Shown piece by piece: positions 1 through 11,200 of a stretch of 40,414 nt of DNA; within the stretch, counting starts at the first letter, position 1; each line of letters begins with the position of its first letter. A program made the translations under genes and the position numbers. The notes beneath the pieces were generated by a model, which worked only from the letters and a program-made list of their open reading frames with translations, was not told where the DNA came from and made no database searches. Source of the DNA: Chrysochromulina tobinii (taxonomy: Eukaryota); contig JWZX01002443.1 in NCBI GenBank assembly GCA_001275005.1, forward strand, positions 1-40,414, given 5' to 3'.

Positions 1-244
1 GGGGGTTTCTGAGGCATTGGGGGGACGTCGTGTTCGTAACACTATCACATCCCAAACAGAGCCCAACCGAGCACTGTGAAGCTGAGCCCATACTACAAGA
101 GTCCGGTGGTGCCTCATAGCAAACAACACAACGACAACCGAAGATTGACAAAATGTCGGTGGAGCCCGCCCATCTACGCTCGAACCCGCCCGCCAGCACG
201 GGCCCACTCCCCTATCACCCTCTGTCGCTCGCGCCAAAAACAGG

Positions 245-3200
245 ATGTCCACTCCACCCGACGACCTCTCGCGCTTGTCCTCGCTGGAGGAGGACAGCGT
301 GCGCAACGCGCTACGGGCTAGGTTTGAGAGCAACCATATCTACACCAACATCAATTCGCTGCTCGTTGCGATGAACCCGTACCAGCAACTCACCCTTTAC
401 GGTTCGAATATGCTGGAAGCCTACAACACCTATGGCCAGGCGTCTCCAGGCCCGCACGTCTATGGCGTCGCTTCCGCGACCTACAGAGGGCTCCTGGACG
501 CACGCTCACAGTCAGTCATCATCTCTGGGGAATCAGGCGCAGGCAAGACTGAGACAGCAAAGCGCTTCCTGCAATTTCTCGCATATGCAGCAACTCAAGG
601 ATCGGGCTCGTCAAACGAGGGCCTGGAGGACCGCGTGATCGCGACGTCGCCGCTGCTCGAGGCTGTGGGCAACGCCCAGACCGTCATGAACAACAACTCA
701 TCGCGTTACGGCAAGTACCTCATGCTGCAGTTTGATCTTTCTGGCAAAATTATGGGCGCTTCCATCAAAACGTACTTGCTGGAGAAGACGCGCGTCGTGC
801 GCCAATCCAAGGGCGAACGCAACTATCACGTCTTCTACCTACTGACGCAAGGTGCGGCCTCACTCGCTGGCCTGCTGCGCGGCTGTGGGAGCTGCTACTG
901 CTGCTTCCGGCTGCTTTCGGCGGCTTCGGCGGCTTCGGCGGCTTCGGCGGCTTCGGCGGCTCATGACCAGCCTGCCCTGAGCTGTGTTGCTTGCTTGTGA
1001 CTGGCGAGTCGTTGTCCATGTAGGCGCCCCCGAAAGCCTGTGCACACAGCTCAAGCTCGTTGGCAGCGAATTCAGCTACCTAGCTCAAAACGAGGATCTT
1101 CAGAAGACGGATAAGAAAGCTGGATTGTATGCCCTCGCCCCGCATGCTGCACGTGGCTTATATCCCCCTGCCGCGTCCAGTTGGCACTCAGAGCGCCCGG
1201 CCTCATCAGTGCCCTGCGTTGGAGCGCACGGCTGTTCACCGATTGTGATCTGGGGCGTGGACGCAGTGAAGAAGTCAAGAACGCAATGTCATCCATTGGC
1301 TTCGACCAGACGGAGGCGCGCGCAACCCGCCGCAGCCGCACGCGCGACGCTCGCACACGCGAACCGGCATCTTGCAGGCTCGGAGAACGACATCATCGTG
1401 CCGCACCCTCGCACAGCCTATTTCCAACCCCGTAACGCCGGTGGGCCGAATGTTCGATTCGCGTGGGTCCTTTGCAGCTCCTGTGGGTGTGGACTCTTTG
1501 CGCCGCCATCCTGAAAGTCGGAAACGTCGACTTGGGAAAAGAGGCTGATGGTGAGGCCAAGGTGCGTGCGGGTTAGGCTCGCCAAGTTCGCCTCGTCGAA
1601 TCTTTCTGGTGCTCACGGAAAAGCATCAACCTCTTTCGCGCGCTGAACCCCATCTTTGCAGGTGGTGGACCCAGCTGTTGTCGTCGAGATTGCTGCGATG
1701 CTCCGCATTGACCGCACGAACCTCACAAACGCTCTGACGACAAGGCGCATAAAGGCTGGCAGCGAGTGGGGTGCGACGCGAGGCTTTTCACTCTTCCCTC
1801 AGCGTATCCCTGAGCGCCCTGTCAGCCGAGGTGTCGTTTACACATATTGCTCCGTTGTTTCGATTGGCAGTCACCTCTCCTGTCAATGCCAGCACCGCGG
1901 TCAACGTTCGCGACGGACTGGCGAAGGCCATGTACCAACGTGTCTTTTCATGGATGGTTATGCGTATCAATGCCAACCTCGCGAGTGCGTCACAACGACA
2001 ATCCAACCGTCAGCCACCATCGCTCGCGATCATCATATCGTTCCGCATGCTGACGGCGCGTGCTCCCATATTACCCGTGCCACCTGACTCTGACCATCAT
2101 TGCCAGACATGCAGCTCGACGACGGCCTCACTCGGGCGCGCTTCTTCATTGGCATCCTGGATATTTTTGGCTTCGAAATCTTCGATGAGAATTCCCTTGA
2201 GCAGGCAAGCTGCCCGGCGTCTACATCTGTTGTTGAACGCCTTGCAATCCTGCAGAAGCGTTGCCGGAACTCCCACCCACAAGTCACGCAGCTCATTGCG
2301 CTCTGCACAGTCGCACGCTGACCGCCGCCGCACTCCCCTTGGCTGCCATTGCCTTTGGTCACTGCCATTAGTTGTGCATTAACTTCACGAACGAGAAGCT
2401 TCAGGCCACGTTCAATCAAGCCGTCTTCCACGCCGCCATGGAGGAAAATGCTGAGGAGGACGTCAATGTCGAGGTCGCAGACATGACCGAGATCGATAAT
2501 CAAGAGGTGATCGAGCTCATCGAGGGCAAGCCAGGAGGCATCCTGTCCATCCTGAACGAAGAGTGCGTCGTTCCGAAAGGTTCCGACAGCTCCTTTGCCG
2601 AAAAGCTGTTTGCTCAGTGCAGCGCCAACAAGCGACTCAAGAAGCCTCTCAAGAAAAAAGATGCCTTCCAGATTTCTCACTTCGCTGGGCAAGTTACTTA
2701 TACCGCGACGGGCATCCTTGAGAAGAACAAGGATCCTGTGAGCGAGGATCTGATGGTCATTCTCAAAGGTTCTGACGAGCCTGCCGTTCGCCAGCTCTTC
2801 ACCGATTCGCCTGACGAAGCCCAGCTCATGCTCGACCGCAAGAAGGGCGCGAAGTTTCAGGGCGTCGTCGCAAAGTTCCAGCAGCAACTTGCGGAGCTCC
2901 TTGCGATCGTGGAGTCGAGTGTGACACACTTCGTGCGTTGCATCAAGCCCAACCTTATCAAGGCCCCGGGTGTGTGGGAGGACGAGATCGTCTCCAAGCA
3001 GCTTCGTTGCTCGGGCGTCATGGAGGCGGTGCGCGTCATTGCTGCTGGCTATCCTGATCGCGTGCCGCACTCCGAGATTCTCGGCCGCTTTGCCGCGCTC
3101 ATCGCCGCCGACGAACGTCCGTCTGCCGACAAGGAGGGCGAAAAGAGCGCCGCTTCTAGAACGCTTGAGAAGCTCAAACTGGAACCCAAAGAATTCAGTA

Positions 3201-6200
3201 CGTGGCCTGCGGAGTGGAAGCCAGGGGCTGGAGGAAGTGGGTTCGCACACCGGTGTCGTACCTTGCTGACTTTGCTGCACTCGTGTGAATTGTGCGCCAG
3301 TGCCGGGTAATACCAAGATGTTCCTCAAGGCGGGCGCGCTTTCAAAGTTACGCGTACTGCGAGAGGAACACATCTTCAAGGGAACGAGAGGCATGCAGGT
3401 GCATTGCGCCTTTCGCGCGTGCTTTCGCGCCGCGCGCGCGCGCGCGCAAGAGTATTACCGAGCGAGCTGACGAGATGTGCGCGCCCACGACAATTACGGT
3501 TCGCCGAGCCCCGTCGCACCCTCAAAGGCTGTGGTACGTGGCATGATTGCTCGCAAGGAATATCGCGTGATGTGGGAGGAAGAGCAGGAGCGCAAACGAC
3601 GAGCAGAGGAAGATCGGAAACGCAAAGAGGAGGAGGAGCGGCTGCGCAAAGAGGAGGAGGAGCGCAAGCGAAGGGAGGAGGAGGAGGTGCGCGTCTCGCC
3701 CGCGCATGACTCGTCCCTGACCGCACGCCTGTCACTTTCGTGCGTCGCCGTCTCGCCCCTTTTGTGCGGGTACAGCTGGCTAAGCTGGCTGAGGAGGAAC
3801 GACTGCGCATTCTCGAGGACGAGCGTTTGCGGCGCGAGGCTGAAGCGCGTCAACTGCGCGAGGAGCAGGAGCGGCGACGGCAGGAGGAGGAGATGCATAG
3901 GCTCGCGCAGGAAGCCCTCGAGCGAGAGCGCGAAGAAGAGGAAGCGGCTCGCGCTGCCGATGAGTCCAAGCGACGTTTCCGCGAGCTGCGCGGCCTCGCC
4001 GAGATCGGCGCCCCATCGGATCTGCCTTCCGGCGGCGACGATGCCGCCGGTGCGGCAGGCAGTGCCACAGGCTTCAAGCTCGACATGGGCCGCGTCACGG
4101 GTGCTGCACAGAAGGCGGCGGAGCTCGAGCCCGACATGGCCAAATGGACTCCTCGTGCCAGACCCAAGGATGCGCCCAAACAGTCAGCACGCTACCAGAC
4201 AGACTTCAAAGCTCTGCCAGAGGATGTGCTTGAGTACGCTGTGTATCTCGGTATGGAGCCGACCGAAGACACCGATCTGCTGTGGATCGCCGAAGAGGCA
4301 CTCACCGCTGGCGAGCCGGATGGCTGGACAGAGCAGATGGACCCGAACGGCAATCTCTACTACTACAATGCGACCACAGGCCAGTCCTCTCGCCAGCATC
4401 CTCTTGACGAGTACTATCAGAACCTTTATCTCAAGCTCAAGATGCAGCGCACCATGGAGGTGGCTGGAATGGCCGTACCTGACGAGATCAAGAACCAATC
4501 GACCGCGCAGCTGACGACCGAAGACCTCAAACGGATGCGCGCCACCATGGCGGCGAAAATGGAAGGCGAGGCGTCCGTTCAGCAGCAGTCAGCGCCTGAG
4601 GAGGTTGCTTCTACTACCACGTCTATTTCGCAGGCTTTGTCGATGACGACGCCACGCTCAACGAAGATCATGTCAGAAAAGTTTGGGATCTCGCAGCCGG
4701 ATACCGACGTGCGCGCACTCCTGATCAACCCCGCAAAATGGGCGGAATCGCTTGCATACATCGACACCATCGTTGTGCGCGACACGTCGACGCCTCTGCT
4801 GCCGGCGTTTCACATGTACATGGTGCTCAACGAGACGTATAAGGCATTCGCGTTCTCCGCGGCCAAGCGTGTGGTTGCGCACAACACACACTACGCTGTC
4901 TCGCTCGACCACCTGGAGAACGGGCAAGCCTCGGAGGCCTTCTGCGGCAAGCTGCGCTGCAACTCGAAGGGTACTGAGTTTGCCATTTACGATGACTCGA
5001 ACGATCCGTATGGCCTCAAGACCGGCAAGCCACGACGTGAACTCGGCATCATCTCCTATAAGAAGAAGCTGCTCGGGCCGACCGAGCTGATCGTTGTGAT
5101 GCCCAGGGTGCGAAAGGACGGCGCATGCGCGCAATTCCGGCCATCGCAGCCAGAGGAGTCGATGATACAGCTCTTCAAAGCGGGCCGTGTTGAGCATATG
5201 TTCATCTTGCGTGGGACGGCAAACGTCGCGCCAGGGGGCATGGTCGAGCTCTTTCACAATGGGGCGCTCGGCTCGGGCACGGGCAAGGTCGTCTTCCAGG
5301 CTCACAAGCGGCCCGAGGGCGACTGGAGCGTCAAGTATATGCACCCACTCTCCTGTTTCCAGGCGTTCAATATCTGCATCTCCATCTTTCACAACCCGAC
5401 GACGGCCGGACTCGACGCGCTGCCAGCGGGCGAGCCGCGGCCGATGGTCCCTCTGACCGCCCAAACGACGGCGCCTGCCAGCGGCGCGCCCGGGCAGCCA
5501 GCCAGCGCTAAAAGCGAGCCGAAGAAGGAGGAAAAGGAGGACGCTACACGACCACCTCTCGCTGCAGGGGGCATTGAGCTTTCTGCCGCGAAGCCTGGCG
5601 CCATTATTAACACCGCATCGCTCGAGGGGCTCCCACACCAGGTATACTCGATGACTGTGCAGGGTGCGAAGGTTTACTCGGGACTGTACAATGGCTACAT
5701 TCAGGTTTGGCACATGGATGCGTACGTCAACCTCCCATCGGGTTCGCGGCCTGAGTACCACACTCTGACCGGGCACACGTCGTCTGTCTACGCGCTGGTG
5801 GTCTGCGAGCGCCAACTAATCTCGGCGTCGCATGACAAGCTCGTCAAGATATGGGACCTGAATACGCTCCGCTGCCGTCACACACTAAAGGGGCACAATT
5901 CGCGCGTGCGCGCTCTTGCCGTCTCCGGCAAGCTTCTGTTTTCCGGGTCGAACGACAAATCCATAAAAGTATGGAACCTCGAACTGGTCTCGCAGACACA
6001 GTCGCTGGAGTCTCACTCATCTTGGATCCGCGCGCTCGCCACGGAGAAAGACGTGTTAACATCTGCTTCCAAGGACAATACAGTCAAGGTGTGGGACCTC
6101 AAGAACATGAAATGCATCTTCACCTTTGCGTCAGGCTCCGAAGTGTACTCACTTGCGATGACCAATAATACAGTGTATGGTGGCTGTTTCGACCACAAGA

Positions 6201-6466
6201 TCCGAGTCTGGAACCTGAACACGATGCAAAAGTCGCACATGCTCATAGGCCACGAGGGTGTTGTGCGCTGTCTGACCATTCGCCATTCGACGTTGTACTC
6301 GGGCGGCTCGGATACCAAGCTGAAAGTGTGGGACTTGAAGTCCAACTCGTGCACCACGCTTTTCGGCCACACTTCCTTTGTCCGTGCCATCGCCGTGGAC
6401 GAGGCTGGCCAGACGCTTTACTCGGGAGCCGATGACAAGAAGATCAAAATCTGGCAAGCACGCTGA
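245..6466 (+). CDS. Unconventional myosin (motor, IQ, SAH, CEP164-like WW, Tubby C-terminal domain, WD40), ~1645 aa, 11 exons
   Basis: Manual splice model: 245-851, 1024-1126, 1267-1315, 1478-1561, 1662-1770, 1871-1984, 2107-2204, 2372-3197, 3301-3398, 3528-3686, 3776-6466 (4938 nt, all phases compatible). Motor motifs: GESGAGKT, NNNSSRYGK, TYLLEKTRV, LDIFGFE, EQLCINFTNEKLQ, HFVRCIKPN, QLRCSGVMEAVR, GNTKMFLK. IQ motif MQAVVRGMIARKEY spans intron 9. Confidence 0.92.
916..961 (+). repeat. 9-bp tandem repeat (TTCGGCGGC) x5 inside myosin intron 1
   Basis: Directly visible; it produces the spurious SAASAA/PPKPPK translations in the ORF track. Confidence 0.9.
4211..4430 (+). other. CEP164-N-terminal-like helical + WW module in the myosin tail
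   Basis: DVLEYAVYLGMEPTEDTDLLWIAEEALTAGEPDGWTEQMDPNGNLYYYNATTGQSSRQHPLDEYY follows the CEP164 N-terminal pattern (E..A..IG.DP..E..L.W.A.E...APLP..W.....G..YY.N...G.S..HP.D..Y), recognised from memory. Confidence 0.8.
4800..5392 (+). other. Tubby C-terminal-like domain in the myosin tail
   Basis: AAKR...THYAVSLD...FCGKLRCNSKGTEFAIYD...RRELGIISY...LLGP and the terminal SVKYMHPLSCFQAFNICISIF match Tub hallmarks (GKLRSN..GT.F..YD; Y.YPL...QAF.I..S.F). Confidence 0.85.
5620..6463 (+). other. WD40 beta-propeller (~7 blades) at the myosin C-terminus
   Basis: Repeated GH/SH...V..L......SGS.D..IKVW(D/N) units, e.g. LKGHNSRVRALAVSGKLLFSGSNDKSIKVWN. Confidence 0.93.
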
Positions 6467-6689
6467 GGCCATACAACGTTCAGTGTCAGCCAAACCCATT
6501 TACGTGTCTGGCCTGCTGAGGGTGCACGTGCTGGAGCACGTGGTGTGCCTTGCTCAAAGGAGAGTCAAGGTTGCTGGTGGTGGCCACTCACACAGTATCG
6601 TCTAACCAAGTACCAAAGGAGTAAGGTAAGTACGGAGGGGAAGAGGGTCAGCGGGTCAGCGACAGTTATGTTCGATATCGTGGAAGCTC

Positions 6690-7945
6690 CGGATCTCCTT
6701 CCTTTTTTGGAAGGATATATCCTTCCTTTTTTGGAAATCCCGTGACCCGTCCCACGTTCGCCGCCGTTCCTCCCTGGCATGATGTTTTCTCTTTTTGGAA
6801 AGCGCGCGCGCGATCCTCATGGATAGCGTCTGTTTGCATTGCGTTGCGCGATCCTCGCAGCATCTTGGTGGGTGAGTGGTGATGGCCAATGTCGAGACGA
6901 GACACAATGAATATACATTCTTAGGAAGCGGGTGCAGCAACCAGCATACGAACACATGACGCGTGTTGCACGCCGGTGTGAAACGAGATCCGACAAAAAT
7001 AATTTTCGAACTCCCGCAATGCGGGACCCCACTCGACTTTTCTCTCCTTCGCCCCACTCTTCTGCACAACGCCTTCAGCTGCCTCGCATGCACCGTATCC
7101 TCGAAGTCCTGTGGCAACACGGCGGCCTCGCTGTCCACTCTTTCCGGAGTGGCCGCAGTGGAGTGCTTGCTGCCTAGGTTTTCCACTGGTGCTTTGTTCT
7201 TGTTCGTAACCCACACGCAAGGCGTTCTCTAGCACATGAGCAACGACGAGCAGCGACGAACGCAAGACGTTCTCGAGCTTGAGCGTGGAGAACGCAAGAC
7301 GCTTGCGAGCGAGAGCCATCGTGATGAACGGTGAGTGAAGGGCTGTTGCAAGCATGGCGTTCTCTAGCATGAGCATGGGCCTCATCGATGTGCAGGAACG
7401 GTGGAACACTGTGATTTACCTGTGGAGACGTGGACGTCGCGAAGGGGGTGAGCCGCAAGCACGGCTGGGGCAGCATTCAGTGAGAGTGAAAGGTTTTCCA
7501 CTGGTGCTTTGTTCTTGTTCCCGCGCAGAGCTGGTCTGCGCGGGAACAAGAACGACGGGTGAGGAGTAGCACGCTGCGTGCGCACCGATCTATGCTCGGG
7601 GCATGACCTCCGCCGGAGCGTGCTCCTTGTTGGGCTTGAAGAGCTGCACCGATAGATACACCCCTCAACCCTATCCGCTCCCTGCCCGACGGCCGAGCTT
7701 TGAATTGCGCCCCTGGCGCCCCTGGCGCCCCTCTTTCCCCAAACTGAATAGTGAAGAAAGTTCCAAGATTTCCTCCCTTTCCCCAAACTAAATAGTGAGA
7801 AAGTTCCTAGACCTCCTAGCGCCCCCTGGGGCGTACCCCCTCGAGAAAAAGCACGGGGCGGTTTGTCGTGATTTCAACGTCATGGAATTTCGAGGGGGCT
7901 AGGATTACAATTCCGAAATTCCGGGATTTCAATTCCAAGTCCGCC
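6690..7945. repeat. Repeat-rich intergenic block, probable transposon remnant(s)
   Basis: CCTTCCTTTTTTGGAA at 6697 and 6721; identical 30-mer AGGTTTTCCACTGGTGCTTTGTTCTTGTTC at 7176-7205 and 7491-7520; perfect 19-bp hairpin 7511-7553; imperfect ~30-bp direct repeat TTTCCCCAAACT(G/-)AA(A)TAGTGA(A)GAAAGTTCC at ~7734 and ~7778. No transposase recognised. Confidence 0.55.
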
Positions 7946-8289
7946 CCTGCACTGTCGCCTCACCAACAAATATTCAAATTGTGCTGTGTATATCCACTGT
8001 GTCGCCTATACTGATATACTCAGTTTCATACGCCGAGAGCCTATACTTGATACTAGCCGAGAGATGCAAACGAACTACGAGAAAGACGCGCGCATTTCAG
8101 CGCGTACGGCTTCGGGCTCACCGCCCGAACCGCCATAGACCCTCCAGCGCCGCACACGCCCAATCCGGCTAAATCCGGCGTAAAGCTAAGCTGCAGACCG
8201 ACTGCGACGGGCGACGGGCTAAGCGCAGCGCCTCGCTGAGAATCCGGGCCCAGAATTCATTGAGTCGTTGCTGGGAGGACTGCTCTATC

Positions 8290-11200
8290 CTAGACGACAA
8301 CCCGGAGACCTGCGCCGCGCCCGGCGCTCTCGTCAAGCAAAGCATCGCCAGCGCCTCGCTCACCAGCCTCGCACTCATGCCAACCGCTGATTGGTGCGCG
8401 GCACATAGGGCAAGGTGGCATCGAGCTGGTCGAACGTGCCATCCAACCGTCAAGGCACTTTTTGCAAATCGAATGGCGGCACGGGTGCAAGATGAGGCCG
8501 CTAATCTTCAAGAGGCAGACCGGGCACTGTGGCAGTGTCGAGACGGCATCGGTCAGTTCATCAATCGTCGTCACGATTGGACGGAAGTTCTCATCGAGAC
8601 CGACGACCTGCTCCTGCCCGCCCGCAGTCGAAAGCTGGCCGGCGCGCCCGAGTGCCTCAAAGCAGCGCTGGTCGAGGGCATTGAAGCGCAGGTCCACGAA
8701 CGTAACCGACGTCGACTCGCCGAGCGCCGCGGCGAGCGCGAGGACGCCGTCGTAGTCGCGCCCGTAGCTCGTCAGCCCGTTCATTTGCAGCTCGAGGCCC
8801 GCGAGCTTCGTACAGGCGCGCACGCACGTGGCGAGCCCGCGCGCGCTCTGGCTGCCGAGACCGCACGCGACCAGCCGCAGCGACTCCAGCGCAGGCGCCC
8901 CTCCCGTACTGAGTGCCTGCAGCACCACGGCGCCACCCTCGTCCTTGAGCGCGTTCTTCGACAGATCGAGCTGGCGCAGCAGCATGTTGCGCTGGAGCGC
9001 CATCGCCATCGCGCGCACCTCTTCCCGCGTGAGGCTGTTCTGGCCAAGGGCGACCGAGGGCGCGACGCAGCATAGCTCGACGACCGCTCGCATCGCCGTT
9101 GGCCGGTGCCCCCCAATAGCCCCATGCAGATTAAGGCGCCCGTTGACCACTCGGGATCCCTCTAGCATGCCACTTGCGAAATCGGCACCCATCTCCGCGC
9201 CCAGCCGCAGCGTGTTCGCCCACCACACCGGCCAGCGCCACGGCTCGGCGGCGGAGGGCGGCAGCCGGTACGTGCGCGCACACGTGGCGCGCGCAGCAAA
9301 AAACTCCTGGAAGGAGAGATGCGAGAATTGCATCTCAAACGGGTCCGCCTGAAGCAGGCTAACGAGCGGCAGCCGGTCTTGCATGCAGCGCTCGCGCACG
9401 GCGCGTAGCGCGTCTTGCATCGCCTCGGGCAGCTCGGCGACGGCACAGTGCAGCGCGGCGCTGCGGGCACTCGCGCCGTACTGGCGTTCAAAGGCCTCCT
9501 TGCCCCACAGCCCAGTCGACTGCACGTCGTCGCGCGCGATCCACGCCGAGCGGGTGCCGCCGCCGGGCAGATCGATGAGTACATTGAAGGGCAGCTCGGT
9601 TGCATCCTCGTTCAAGATCAGGCCGTACGCGCCCCCATGCGCCCCTCGGAGCACCTGCACGTAGTGACCCACCTGAGCGCCCCCATCGTACGAGGGGCGC
9701 GTGATGGCCGCGAGACGCTCTGGAGACGCGAGCCCCACCGCCGCGGAGAGCAGGTGCTCCTCAGTGATGATACGCCGTTCCGCCGCGTGCGCCTGGAAGG
9801 CGGTGGCCTCGAGGAGCGCCGTCAGCTGCGCGATGGCAGCGGCTGACGCGGCGGCTCCACGTTCCCTGAGGTCGACGCGTGAGAGCATGGCCGACGACGC
9901 AGTCTGATAGAGCTCTGCGATGGTCGCTGGCATCGCCGCCAATGGAGGCATCGCGGTCCTGACGGCGCTGCTTCCGTTCTCGAGAGATGGCGGGGCCTGG
10001 GCCGCATGAGGCGCGTGGCGCGCCTCGTAGGCGGAGATGATCATCGAGAGCATCAGCGGGTTGCCTGTAGTCCGCTCGCCCGTCTCGTCATCAACGAGGA
10101 CGCGCTCGCACACGTACTGCCACAGCTCCTCAGCCCTTGCACGATCGCCGATGCGTTGCTCGATCACCTGCCGCTGCTGGTGATCGGAGAGTGGCCGTAG
10201 CACCATCGCATGGAACCCACGCTCAAAGATGGACCAATTGAAGCCCGCCGGCCGCGACGTGACGAGCATCACGTGTCCCTGTGGCGCGAGCACCTCCGTC
10301 ACGTGCCGCTCGATTTCCCGGCGTGCACGACCGCCCTCGTCGATGCCGTCGAGGATCACCAGGGCGCGGCGCGCCATCAAAGCTTGGCGCAGGAATAGGT
10401 AACGCTCCGAGCCCGCGCCGTGCGTGATGAGCAGGTAGGCGTCGACCCAGTTCCACATGCGGCCAAACACGGAGCGGTGCTCTTCCATCAGCAGTCGCCG
10501 TTGCAGTTGCTGCACCTTGATGGGCACCGGAATGAGCGAATCTGGGCGCTGCAGCATGTGCATGACTAGTTGCGATGTGAGACAGGTCTTGCCTGCGGCT
10601 GGCGGCCCCGTCAGCAGCACGCTCGAGCGCTCGCGCCCAGCGTCGTCTCGGGCTCCAGGCTGGGCGAGCCGCCGTGTGTACGCGCGGTGTAGCCATGCGC
10701 CGAGAGCGGCCACGTCACTCGAGGCAGCCAGGCTGACCACGTCATCCACGCCGTCCTCCTCAACCGCCGCAGCAAGTCCTGGGCCAAGTCCTGGGCCGAG
10801 CTCCCCCGCGTCATTCCTGTTCGGTTCTCCTCTTTCTTGACCATCATTCTTATTGGTGGTGCCTGCCTTGGTGGAGGTGGCACCGGCCGCTCTCGAGCAG
10901 TTGCCGCTGTCGTCCTCTGCGGCGGCTGCGGACTCGCCCAGAAGCTCCCACACGCCTGGCTCGAGATTGGATGGCCACGTGTGCCTCACCCAGCGCCAGC
11001 GCGTGCGCTTCTCGATTGGGTGCACACCGATCTCCTCGAGGCGCCGACGGCACGTTTCGGTGCACGCGTGCGGCGCGGGGAAGGGCTGCGTGCTCGTCGT
11101 TGCGACGTGCGGGCAGTTGGCGAACGCGACCATCACGCGCTCCCTGATCGCAGGTCCGGACCCCGTCGGGGCCGAGGCCGCGGGCGGCGCAGCTGGCACA

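Noticed and set aside
7176..7520. 30-bp direct repeats as a CRISPR array
   Set aside because: Only two copies, 315 bp apart, in a eukaryotic context with no cas genes.
6921..7569. Short ORFs in the repeat-rich block as a possible transposase
   Set aside because: No DDE, RT or Rep/helicase motifs recognised; the translations run through DNA repeats.
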